A DNA stretch of 64,000 nucleotides, from NCBI GenBank assembly GCA_965178125.1, contig OZ237770.1, forward strand, positions 310,001 through 374,000. Reading direction: 5' to 3'. The notes beneath the pieces are model-generated. The model was not told the origin of the DNA. It saw nothing but the letters and a program-made list of their open reading frames with translations, and did not search any database. The first letter of the stretch is position 1. The number at the start of each line of letters is the position of its first letter. The DNA is from Bilabrum cf. latius (taxonomy: Eukaryota). Shown one piece after another: positions 48,459 to 60,895 of the stretch. The position numbers and the translations under genes were made by a program.

Positions 48459-51377
48459 TCACCTTTTTGCTAAATACTCCGCCAAAACCTTCACACACTC
48501 GTCGTGCCCTCCCAATCGAGCCGCCTCCAGCGGACCCACCACCCTGGACCCGCCCGCCCCGTCCTCCACCTCGCCCTCCATCTCCAGCCCGCCCGCCAGC
48601 TTGCCCAGCCTCAGCCTTTTGCCCAGCTCCATGGGCCTGCCCTCACTCGCTGCCTGAAAAACCACGCCAGCATCCCTCTTGGCCTCCACTGCCCTCCTCC
48701 ACCCTATCAGAGCCCCCCGCCTGTGACCCGCCCCCCCCTCCAGCACGGAATTGCACAGCCCACCCAGCCCTGGATGCTCCGCCCCGCTGGCCCACCGCCC
48801 GATCTCCCGCACCCCATCCAGCACCCACTGCTCCCTGAGAGCCCCTATCAGACCGGGGAACCGAGGAGCCAGCCGCAGAGGGTCGGTGTCACTCATCGCA
48901 TCCTGCATGCCGCGGAGCAGCGACACGATCGATGGTGTGATGAGTGACGTAGCATGCTCCTTGGTGTCAACAGCACCTGCACCTGCACCTTTGCTAGCAA
49001 TTGCACCGTCTGAAGCACCACTTGCACATGCGGGCTGTGACCGTGCACGAATCAGCTGCAAGGCACCCTGTATGGCCTTGCTAGCGAAGTCGCCCGCCAG
49101 CTGACACGACACGCCCGCCCCCTCTGCTGCCAGCTGCATGGCGCACACGGCTTTGGCCACCATCGAGTGCACCTGACTCAGGGAGGGTCTTGATCCGATC
49201 GTCTTGACTTGCCCCGCCCACAACTGCACGACCCTGTGCCTGTGAAGCCCCAGAGCTGTCCTGTGCTCCGGGTCATCCGCGATGGGAGCACGAGGCGCCG
49301 CTGCGATACGGTCGTCTTCCGAGTTGGAAATGAGTCGCAGGAACTGGAGAGATGAAGACAAGAATGCGCGCTCCCGCAGCGTGCTCACTGATGTGAACAA
49401 GTCGGGGATGCCGATGGTCAGGCGCCGGCAGGTGTGGCAGTCCTGCAGCCCAGCAGCGATGGCAGCTAGGCCCTTGTCGTGGATAGTGCTGCCCGACACA
49501 TCCACGCTCTGGATGGAGGCAGTGCGACGGAGCACATCGGCGAGGAGGGGCGCGGTCTCATCGGAGACGATAGAGCCGTTGAGTTCCAGGGACCGAAGGG
49601 CGGGGTGTGACGAGAGTGCTTCGAACAGAGCCACCTTGGGGTACGAGTCTTCGGCTGGTGCTGGTTCACTCCTTGCCCCCTATTCGGTGGCTGTATCTCC
49701 CCATTCACGTCCATCCGTTTCATCGTCTACATCCCCGCTGCTAGAGCCGCTGTCTCTATTACTGGCGCTGGGCATGGCACGCCTCGACACCCCGGGGGCT
49801 TGCTCGACCCCGGTCGGTTCCACGTCGTCATCGAGGTGCAGGGACAGGTCACGCAGCGTGCTGTTGTGGGCCAGCCCGACCGCGAGAGACAGAGCTTCCT
49901 TGAGGCCGGCCTCTGCGCCTGCCAGCGAGAGTCGCTGCAGTGCGATGCACCCGTTGCACTCCAGCGCGGCCCCCAGCTCCTGGGCCCCTCCCCCGCTGAG
50001 GACGTCTGCATTGCCGGAGAGGTCTAGGCTTTGTAGCGTGCTGTTTGACTGCAGACCGATCCCGAGGGCCTGCCCACCCTCCGGGCCGATGTCATTCCCG
50101 CTCAGGTCGAGATTTTGTAGCGTGCTGTTTCGAGCCAGCATCTCCCCGAAGGCCTCCCCACCCTCCTCCTCTATGCCGCAATCAGACAGGACGATCGTCT
50201 AGAGCTGGCAGGCGGGGCTCCTCATCCTCCACGCGATGAGCCGAGCAGCGGTATCCCCGATGTTTGCCTCAGTCACTTCGAGGTGCTAGAGGCCGCGGGT
50301 CCCGGCAGGGGGCTCCGCCTCCACCAGCTGCAGCACCGAGGCGCCTGTCACGGGACTGTTCCCCAGCCGCAGGGATCTGAGCGAGCATCCCGTGGGCGAA
50401 GCAAGTGCTTGGGCGAGCACGCCCACGGTCGCATCTCCCGTGGTCCTGGCCCCGAACAGGTCGAGGTGCTCCAGGGCGAGCGTGCGCCTCGTCGTCCCCT
50501 GCACGACTCCGGCCGCCAGCTGGAGCGCACCCGATGGAGAGAGTGCAATGTTGCGGAGTTGTAGGTGTTTTAGGCTGCTGTTAGTCGCGAGAGACTCCCC
50601 CAGCGCGCGCGCGGATTGATCGGTCCACGTGGATCTGGAGAGGTTCAGCCGAGTGAGCGCGGAGTTCTCGCTCATGGCTCCCGCAACTGCTTGCACGTTG
50701 GTGTAACTCTACATACCACTCAGATCCAGTGATAGAAGGGAGGTATTGTGCCTGAGCGCAGTGCCAAGCTGGATCCCATACTGTCCCATCATCTCACACG
50801 CGGGAAGCTTGAGGTGCTGCAGCGCTCTGCTGGAGCCAAGTGACGCGATCAAACCAGGCACGTCTTCCGAACGATCCGACAAACCATGCAGTGTGACCTC
50901 ATTCATGTTTTTCACGCGTTGCAGTCCACATCGAACTCCAGCGCCTGTGTCGACCTCGGCTCGGGCAACCCCTGGCCTGCTGAAGATTGCTTGCAAAACC
51001 CTCGCACCCAAAACATCAAGGTAGCTGCATTGCACAATTTTGATTGATTGGATTGGGGCTCGACAGGCTGCAACGCAACCTGAAAACTGAGTGGAACCCT
51101 CGCCAAGAAATATGCACTCTTCGAATCGAAGGTCCTAAAGGCTGGTGTTACCACGAAGTGCTCGGCCTAGCCAGCTGTACACGGATGGCGCAAATGAAAA
51201 CCTGCGTATCTCCAAGCGCCGCAGCTCGGAAGACTTTGCGATCGCGTCGGCAAGTCGCAGGTCCTACGTACTGTAGCTCGCACGCTGCAATGAAAGTGAC
51301 TGGCATCCACTGCGGACCAGGCTGATCGCAAGATCCCCAGCTCGATTGGAGTTCTCAAGTGACGGCCCTGCACTCAT
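48459..51377 (-). CDS. Ribonuclease-inhibitor-like leucine-rich repeat protein with shared C-terminal module
   Basis: One frame from ATG 51377 with six TAGs. Repeats such as NSTLQNLDLSGNDIGPEGGQAL. Confidence 0.85.
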
Positions 51378-51540
51378 TCGAACGGATGCCTGGGCAGGGC
51401 AAGAAGTACAGGTTCGCGATTAGGCCTAGAGGCAACCGGAAGAATCCTATAATTTCATTCAAGTTGGACGATCCGATCATGTAGCCTCGCACCAGCATGC
51501 CAGCGTGGCAACGCCACAGTATACTCGAATTGTATCAATC

Positions 51541-53509
51541 TCAACCTTTTAGCACCAGCTCCATCCACCTCCGGCGACAGGTCTCCTCCGCAGCGGCCAG
51601 GCGATCTGCAACCAGCGACCACTGGCACTCTCCCGAGCCGTACCCCGAGCAGCTGCCCATGCCAGCGCTCGTCGCGCCAACCACTTGAACGTTGATCATC
51701 TCTTTCACGCACTCGTCATGTCCCCCCAACCGAGCCGCTTCCAAAGGACCCACCACACTGGTCCCGCCCGCCCCATCCTCCACCTCGCTCTTCATCTCCA
51801 GCCCGCCCGCCAGCACGCCCAGCCTCAGCCTCTTGGCCAGCTCCATGGGCCTGCCCTCTTTGGCCGCCTGGAACACCATGCCAGCATCCCTCTTGGCTTC
51901 ATAGCACCGTCTGAAGTCCACGAGACGAGCGACTCTCAGGTACCTCCTCCTGGTCGCAGGCGGGACAATCTGCACCGGCATGGTCGCAAGATCCGGAGCC
52001 GAATCACCTAACGATCCGATCCAATGACGGGGTGCCCCCTGATGAGCTCTGCATAGCTCCAGCACAAACCGGAACTGGCTCCCGCCTTCCCCGCAGCACC
52101 AGGCCGCCCTCCGCACGGCCATGGCCCGTAGCAGCCCCTGCACTTCGATCCACGCGCTGCCGCACGTCCACAATTCATGCCACGCGTCATCCTGATCCGG
52201 ACTGGGCACCGTTGATCCCGATGGCCTATCAGGCAAGCTTACCTCGGCGTCGGTGCAGGGCGCAGCCTGCGTCTGTTCCCCTGGCCCTTGCTCGTCCTCG
52301 TTGGCTGCCTCACCACTGGGACTGGCACCGGCAACGGCACTGGTACTAGCATCATTGTATTCGTGTTCCATCGCGCGTTGCCCTCGCACCTTGCTAAAGA
52401 GGCCACTTGCGGCGCTCACCGGGTTCATTGCCCGCAGCCTGGCAAGAAGGGAGGTGGCGCTCACCGGGTTCATTGCTTGCAGCCTGTCGAGAACGGAGGT
52501 AGGAAGCAGCAGCCCATGCTCGCCTTCATCTTGCTCGCCCTGGAGCAAGTGCTCGGGTGCTCGCTTCTTGGCCGTGGTAGAGTGCAGAGGGCAGGAGGGG
52601 CCCTCCGTAGGACCATCCGTGGGGGTTCGGAGCAGGCATCGGTGTGACGAGTGATTTGGGTCCAGGACGGCGGCCACGAGAAACGAGTCGCACTGCTTGG
52701 TCGCCGCGTGCAGCACCGCGCGGCTGATCTTTTCGGGCGGCTGCTTCGACAGGTAGCTCAGCAGGATAGGTGCGACCTGCGACGCTACTGGCGTTGCGTT
52801 TGCACCACATGCCATCTCAAGTGCGCTTGTTGACCGTTTCTGCGCAGCCCGCACAGGCAATGAAACAAATGCAGCAAGTAGACTGGATCAGAGTCTCCGA
52901 ATTTCCCCGGCCGACTCTTCTAGGCATGTACGCTCTCGGAAGGAGGACAATCACTCGGTAAGCACGTAAATTACTCAAGATTTGTCTAGCTGCTCACTCC
53001 AAATTTGGATCCCATGCGCACGTACATGCACGAGGCGCCGTGATCAAGTAGCGTTCGAGATATATGCTCATTTCCACAAGAGACAGCGATCTGTAGCGGA
53101 GTACGCTACTGCAAAGTACAAAGATAAAGTACGCGTATACGGTATGGGATCGTGATGGCGGGTGCGCACTGGTGTGTTGACCTGTGATGCGGGTAGGCGG
53201 TTGCACTTTCTCCCCTGGCAGTCTCACGATGGCCACACGGGCCAGGCCACGGCAATCCACTGCAGCGCCATGACAGAGCAGTACTTCAACACATTTTTTG
53301 GCATTGTATCGCACCGCGTATCCTAGGGGAACTTGGTCAAACAGCCTGTAGTCTATCAGCAGTCGGTGTGGCTTCGATTCATCTTCAAGGAGAGCTTGCA
53401 GAGTTTCAGAATCATCTTTTTGAATACAAGACGCTAGATCTTTCAGCGAATTTCGGACATGTGAAACTGCTTCCATCGCGTGCGGTAGTAAGCGCTGATC
53501 TGGCGGCAA
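51541..53509 (-). CDS. Ankyrin-repeat protein with shared C-terminal module (intron-containing)
   Basis: PLGYAVRYNAKKCVEVLLCHGA exon plus long exon 51541-52860 ending in the shared module. Confidence 0.75.
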
Positions 53510-53757
53510 TAGATCTAGTGCCGCTCAGTCGTGGTGACGACGACAGCCAGGAATGGTGCGTGTGTTTGTTTGTTTGGGCAGTCTCCGAGCCTCCTGTGCG
53601 ATCAACGATATCATACTCAATGCGTGGTACAGCAAGCCGATGTCACGGGCAGATGCACTGGGATGCACACCAACGCACCCTGCCAAAGACCGTCGAGCAA
53701 GGCTGAGGATATGCCTGGCAGTGCCAGTGTCCAAGCAAGAGACCCTCCACAATCCGA

Positions 53758-55471
53758 TCAGCCCAGCAGTGGCCCGCGCTCTTCCTTCTCCACGATCCGC
53801 GCCCCCACTCCCAGCTACTTCAGCGCTCGGAACCGACTCCGCATCTGCCTGCGCCAGTCGGGGTCCTCGGGATCGTCAAACGCGTGCTCCTCCACGTACT
53901 GGTCGAGCCAAGTCTGATCTGCCTTGCGCACACGCATGACAGCCTTCAGAGCAGACTTGATGGACCCCCCTGCCTTCGTTTGCGCGAGTGCCGCCTCCGC
54001 CAGCACCTTCACGCACTCGTCGTGCCCCCCCAACCGAGCCGCCTCCAGCGGACCCACCACCCTGGTCCCGCCCGCCCCGTCCTTCACCTCGCCCTCCATC
54101 TCCAGCCCGCCCGCCAGCACGCCGAGCCTCAGCCTCTTGGCCAGCTCCATGGGCCGCCCATGGCTTGCTGCCTGGACCACCATGCCCGCGTCCCTCTTGG
54201 CCTCATGGCATCTCCTGAAGGCCAGAAGCCGATCGGTCCGCTTATACCTCTTGCGCACTTCTCCTGCGGCGTAACCTCTCTCGCATAGTATAGCGATGAG
54301 CTTGTGGATGGATCCGTGGCACTGCACTGCAGCGCGCTTGATGGCACTGGCGGCCTGCCGGAGTGCGGGCACCTCGATTCGCATCCCGACGCTGAAGTCG
54401 CTGCCGTTGCCTCCTTCGTATTCGGCCCACTGGTCCATGGTCGGGTACATCGTGCAGCTTTCCGTCGGATCAAGTGCCGCCAGATTCTCCTGCAGAGTGC
54501 CTCTGGGGGCGAGGAGGGGGGCATCGCAGAAACTCTGCTCGTCTGCATCGGGACGCTTGGTGAGTGACGAGAGGTCGCCTCCCTCGGGCATCGGCATCTT
54601 GGACAGGAGCAAGCCCGGGTGCGAGTCCTTGACAGCATCCAAGGCTGCAATCATATCTCCTGCTCGGCCACATGATGCCAGGTTCAGGACGAATCGGAAG
54701 ACCCGCGGGCGTGACAGGGAGCCGATTGACTTGGCCATCCTCGCCTTGATGTCAGCAGGCACTTGCGGCTCCAAGGCCACTTGGAATGCGCTGATTCCCC
54801 ACTGCGGCAATTTTGATCAATATGGTTTGGACTAGTGTATGTTCAGTGCCTCAGATTCTAAGCTTACTTCGCAGTCTCAGGTCCTGTCGAGCGAAAATGT
54901 ATAGTAGATGGTGCGTTAGCGTACGTTGGAAGTTGCTTACCCACTCTGCTTTGCAGTGACCATTTCCAGGGTGTAATGGGTCTGCTCCTGCCTTGCTCAG
55001 CACATCAACCATATCTGAACTTGGGCAGCGGATCGCGTTCACTAGCGGCGAGATCGGCTGCGGGAGAATACTGGCTCGATTAGGGCAAGGCATCCCAGGA
55101 TGTGTGTCATGAATCTCACAAATATACTAATATTAAACAATACGATTACTCACTGTTTCGGCACCGTCAGGTTCGTGTACTTTGGAGCTGTTGGGGCAGG
55201 CCCCAGCCGCGAGGAGCTGCTCAGCACAAGCAGTTCGTCCAAGGTCGGCAGCAATGCCCAGTGGAGTTTGCATCGGTTTTTCAGAGCCCATCGCGAACAG
55301 GAAAGCATGTCCAGCTTCTTTGATTTCTGCAAAAGTGAGACATTGCAGCACCACTGCAGCTCGATCGCCGATAGCTTGAAGCATAGCCTTCAACTGTTCA
55401 GGCTTGTCCCTCTTGATAATTTGAACCATGTCAAAGACCTCTTGTTGCACTCTATCGTCGCTCTGACTCAT
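53758..55471 (-). CDS. Ankyrin-repeat protein with shared C-terminal module (intron-containing)
   Basis: QTPLGIAADLG, ISPLVNAIRC...AGADPL and exon 53815-54810. Continues past TAG 53815 to TGA 53758. Confidence 0.75.
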
Positions 55472-56055
55472 TCTGATCTTGTAATGCAGGCAAAGGAGTG
55501 ATTGGTTTGAACTGCGTTCTCGGCGGCACACCAGCCGGTTCCGCAGCGAGCACTTGCTCGTCTTCACATTTGTCCAGATTATGACGCTGCCAGGGGGAAC
55601 CTACTTGTACAATTCTAGAATTAGGAAGCCCGTACGGATATATTACCGGTGAATGGTGCTGCGCATTGCGGGAAGTGTTAGTCACAGCCAAAGCAAGCGA
55701 GCATTTCGATAGTTAAGCATATCGCTAGATGCAGGGGCTTCACAGGACCACAAAATGCCGCTATTTGCTATTTTTCAGTCATTGCTACTAGTGGTTCATC
55801 AAAGAATCGATTCTCCCGCCAATCAAGCCGCCCGTCGAGCCAGACACACACACACAAAAGGAACCCTAAGAGACGAGATCTGATCACAGGGAGTGGGCCA
55901 GCATCCGCTGGAACCTATCCCGGAACCTATGCATCCAGATTTTGGATCACCTGTCGATCGTTTGGCCAGCACTGCGCTCCTTCCTCTCTCTCTGTCGCGC
56001 ATCAATCCACTCCCCGTGCATTGCTGCGGTTCCGGCTTCCTGCGATTCCATATTG

Positions 56056-57671
56056 TCATTGCACGCCAATGCAGATTGCCACATGCTCACGCAGGCAGTC
56101 CGCTACTCGCTGCGCCAACGCGGCCCGTTTGGCCCGCTGATTGGCGTCGTCTGCTTCGGCCTGCTCCAGCACCTTCACGCACTCCTCGTGCCCCCCCAAC
56201 CGAGCCGCTTCCAGCGGACCCACCACCCTGGTCCCGCCCGCCCCGTCCTCCACCTCGCCCTCCATCTCCAGCCCACCGGTCAGCACGCCAAGCCTCAGCC
56301 TTTTGCCCAGCTCCATGGGCCTGCCCTCTTTGGCCGCCTGGAACACCAGGCCAGCATCCCTCTTGGCATCCACACAGCGCCTAAAAGACATCAATCGGCC
56401 TAATCGAGCGAACCTGCGGCGAACCTCCCGGCCCACCTTGGATTCAGATCCCAGCAGTGCAATGCACCCAACCCCGGACCCGTGGCTGAGCATCACCGCC
56501 CTCTGGATCACCCCCACGTCCCACCGAATGCCAGGGTCCGCTACCATTTCCTGCGTGCTGTCACTGTCGCTGTACATGCTGGTATCTTCGCTGCTGATGC
56601 TGATGCTGCCACTGTCGCTGTCCCCGTTGCTGCTGATGATGCTACTGTGCTGCCGGTAGTCCACCCCACCAGCTCCCGCTGTAGTATGAGAGTGCATGTA
56701 CTCAGGCCAGACCAAGCAGCACTTGTCGGGGTCTAGGGCGACGAGGTTCTGTGCGAGGGTGGCCCCCCCGGGCAGTGGCAGCTTCTCCACCCGTGGACCG
56801 AGGTCGAAGGACGTGCGGCTGCTGCCACTGCCGCTGCTGGTATCTCCATCGGTAGGACCGTTGCCTTGAGTGGTTCCTTCTTTTCCTTCTAGTCTGTATC
56901 CGAGCATGCCCGGGTGCGAGTCCCAAAGCGCGTCCATGGCTGCGATCATGTCACCCAACATGCCGTAGGATGCTAAACTCGCGATGTAGCGAGCAAGCGT
57001 ATCCGGTGAGAGGCCAGACACCGCTCGGATCATGCTCGCTCTGATTCTTGCAGGAGCCTCGGGCTTCAGCGAGAGCTGGAACGCGCTCGGCGATTGCTGC
57101 AGGGCAGGAAACCAGAGGAGGGCTCGAGCTATTGAACGTGCTGGCACGTTGCATGGATTTATCATATTCAATGAATCGATTCCTCACCCCCGTGATTCTG
57201 TCTGGGTAAATGCAAGGCAGCAACGGATTCGCCTTTGCGGACAGCAAAAGCTCAACCAGCACCGCATGTCTCGCAGCGACGGCAGTTGATAAGGGTGATT
57301 CAGCCTATGCTTTAGAATGTTACCATGGTGGGATATTCCGATAATTTTGGCTTCATTTCGCGCCAAGCATACGTGTGGTACCGACTCACGTACATCGTTC
57401 CCGACGCAGAGCCGTCTGGATTGGCACCATAATGAAGCAATACAGACGCGCACTCGACCCTATTTTTCTTTGCAGCTGAATCAAGTGCAGTCTGGCGCAC
57501 AGTGAATCTGCGCGCAGCTGCGTGCTTCGGATGTGCCGTGCGCTTGGTCCAGGCAAGTGCGTTGATCGCACCGAGGTATCCGCCCTCCTCATCGTCCAGG
57601 AGCTTCTTCAGCTCAAGAGGGGCATCCAAATGAATAGTCTATACTAGTTCCTCGGCCAACCTGCGTTGCAT
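56056..57671 (-). CDS. Ankyrin-repeat protein with shared C-terminal module (intron-containing)
   Basis: TALDSAAKKNRVECASVLLHYGANPDG, LLLSAKANPL and exon 56056-57085. Ends at TGA. Confidence 0.75.
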
Positions 57672-57780
57672 TGCGTGCACGTGTTACGCCTAGATCTCCG
57701 TAGTCTATTGACGGGGTATTCAATACGGCTCCGGGCCCAGGGGACTAGAGGGTCGCACCAACCTGTTGTGGTATCTGACT

Positions 57781-60757
57781 TCACTCCACTGGCATCCCCG
57801 CGGCCCTCATCCACCTCTCAAGCGCATTGCATGCCTCCTCGGCGCCATCCTCTACGCCCTCATCGTCGTATTTCAGGTGGATCTCCTAGACTTTCTCCAG
57901 GTCTTCCCGGAATGAATCCAGCACGCTTACCAGTACACCACGGGCTGCCTGCCTGCAAAGATCGTCTGTTTTCTACGCGTCCTGCAACACCTTCACGCAC
58001 TCGTCATGCCCCCCCAACCGAGCCGCTTCCAGCGGACCCACCACCCTGGTCCCGCCCGCCCCGTCCTCCACCTCTCCAGTGATGTCCAGCCCGCCCGCCA
58101 ACGCTCCTTTAATCAACCACATGCCTAGCTCCATAGGCCTGCCATGCGCCGCGGTCCGCACCACCATGCCCGCATCCAGGTGAGCGTCGTGGCACCTCCT
58201 GAAGGCAAGCAACCGATCGAGCCTAGCGTACTCCCTGGCGTGCTTGAAGCCGCGTCTCTCGCACGAAAAGGCCTATCTGGGGTGTCTGCACAGCAGTGCG
58301 ATGAATCGAGGGATAGACCCGTGGCACATGAGCGCCGCTCGCTTGATGGCACCCATCGAGATGAAATCCTGGCAGTCCTCTCCGAACTCTTGCGCCCACG
58401 ATTCGCGCCAACACTCCGAGTTCATGTCCGCATCGTTGTCTTCAGCCGCTCTTTCAAAGTCCCACCCCTTGCTGCAGTATGTGTCTGTGGTCATGTCGGC
58501 GAGGTTATCTTCAAGCGTGCCCTCGGGTGCTTCCAATGATACACGGAGCCCAGCCCCAGCCCCATCACCATCGTCACCGTCGTCTTCATCATCACCGCTG
58601 CCACTGCCGCTAGTATCATCATGGTCGCTATTGTCATCACTGCCACCATCGGTGGAAACGTCATCGATAACCCCATCATCCCTAGTAGAAGGGACTATTT
58701 TGCCGCTCGCATTCGGGCCCCGCTCTGTGCTGGCGCTGCCCAGCTTCACATCCAGTAGGCCCAGGTGCCTGTGGCGCGCAGCGTGTAGCACCGTGGCGAT
58801 ACAGTCGGTGGCGTGGCACGACGTAAGGTTCATGATGTACTGGAAAAGGGTCTTTTCGTCAAGTCTACCCACGGCTTCCTCCAAGGCTGCTTGGGAGTGG
58901 CGCGCGCGTCCGTACAGGTTATTCTAGACTAGACATGGCCTTAGGCCCCTTCCCCCGTCTGCCTTACGGGGGGGAAGGGGCCGGGAGCAGGGCGCACCTC
59001 GTCCCGAAGCGAGGGAAGCCCAGCGCGGGCGTGACTCGCAGGGTGGTCGCACAGCTGGTCGCAAGCTGGTCCGGTGGAAGGCCTGGGGGGAGCCGGATGA
59101 ATGGCCTTGCCGGCTGCTGCCCTACGATATTTCGTGCAGACATTGTTGCAACAAACATAGTATGCAATCTATAGCCATGGCATTTGAACGTGTGCGCGCA
59201 GGGTTGCCGGGGTCGCTCACTTCCACAGGTTGTCACTGCCACGGCATCGTCGTAGCACCCAGTGTTGTACACACGAACGCACCAAAGCTGCGAGCCAGCA
59301 AGTTCAGTTTAACTTGATCTTTGCACGACTTGTTGGTATTGTGGTGTAAGTCACAGCTCTTCTGAGCATCGCCACGTATCCCAGTCGTGTACAGAAAATC
59401 GCCACGTCACGGTGGCGTTGCCGAGCGGCGAAGATGAATTCCTGAAACACACACTCGCCTCGCAGCGATGCATGCACCTCGAGCAACCGACTGCCACACA
59501 CAGAGTTGGAACGCAGCAGTCGTGCATCGTGGAGCCAATATCTGTCCCATTACAATGGCGCTGGTGCGGGCGCCTTCTGGCCGCCCTGCGAGCAGCGATG
59601 TCCAGATTTCGGATGGTCGGGCCGCTCAGGAAGATGAGTGGAAATCGGTTTCGGGCTCGGCCGTCGGGGCAAATTTCCAATGCATTGCCAGCGTCGGAGC
59701 TCGTCGGAGCGCGGCGCGTAGGTAACTTCAGGTCTCAATCTAGCGATCCGGCGGGGCGGCGGGGCGGGTTGGCGTGGTCGAGCGGAGCGAATCGCGAAAA
59801 CGACGGAAAGTTTTGCAGCATTGCCCGCCCAGCGGCTGCCGCTGCCAGAGGGTGCGTTGCAATGTTTGTCGAAATACGCAGAGATTTGCAAGAGGAATTT
59901 TCGAGTTAGGTCCTCGTTCGCGAGCGAGGTCCCCGGACGTCCGATTTCGGCTTGCTGCCGACGGAATTCACGAGGTTTTTCGCCCCGGCATGCGCTTTCC
60001 CAGCGGTGGGCGTGAAGCCGACTGGCACACAAAGTTGCGGATGCGTGATATCAAATGCTTGGTTGGGGTCCGATGCCGGGTCCGGTGCGTGTGCGCGGCG
60101 CTAAATCCTTGTGCCAAGGTAGGGTGGGAGCGTGTCTATATATAATATCCTTAAGAGCAAGCTGGAGCGCGCTGCACGGCTGCGGGAATTTGTTGCTTTT
60201 GGTCAGGGACGGTCAATACAATATCGATCATTCGCATGCTTACGGATTGATACTACTGGTGGTCTTTGTGCGTTGGCTCACTCCTTTCTTGGTCTTGAAG
60301 CCACGGCCAGGCAGCGTCGGATCGGCACCGGCCTCGGACAGCATGCGAGTCAATCTCAAGTCACGCCCTTTGACAGCCGTATATAGCGGAGGCTATGTCT
60401 GCACCAAGAAGAGGAAGACAATCAATCGGATCTACAATCTTGCTGCGTGTTGCTGCGCGCCTATAATACAGACGGGTAGTGCTTGCTGAATCTAACCCTG
60501 CCTGGTGCTCCGTCAGGACTCGCACCGGCATCCAGCAGAAGCTTCACACACTCTGTACTAGACCTATCTACGGCCTCGCTGAGCGCCAAGTCTAGCGTCG
60601 TGCATGCAATGCTCGGTTTGAGGCTCGGCCCTGCACCGCCACTCCCCGTGCCAGCTGCGGATTCAGGCCCGTACAAAATCGTTCGCAGACTTGCATGGTC
60701 CTTTCTTTTGACAGCTTTGAGTATTCTCTTTGTGGTCTTGCGATCTGCGGCGAGCAT
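57781..60757 (-). pseudogene. Ankyrin-repeat paralog with shared C-terminal module, interrupted by a Helitron-like insertion
   Basis: 5' exons at 60461-60757, ~60280-60398 and 60146-60180. The 3' part (57781-58928) reads through TAGs. Removing 58929-60145 restores SALQLALKDI*NNLYG in frame. Confidence 0.7.
58929..60145 (-). mobile_element. Non-autonomous Helitron-like element (~1.2 kb)
   Basis: On the minus strand the 5' end is TTATATATAGA. The 3' end has a GC hairpin (ggccccttccccc...gggggaaggggcc), 11 nt, then CTAG. Inserted between A and T with no target duplication. Confidence 0.75.
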
Positions 60758-60895
60758 GCCACTGTTTATGCCGGTTTGTTGAAAAATATGTTAACCGCCA
60801 CTCTCGCTCTAATAAACCGGAACTGTTTCAAACTCGCGCGTCACTGATGCCCGGGATGCTCTATACGTGGACAGCAATACCCAGAGTCAACACAA

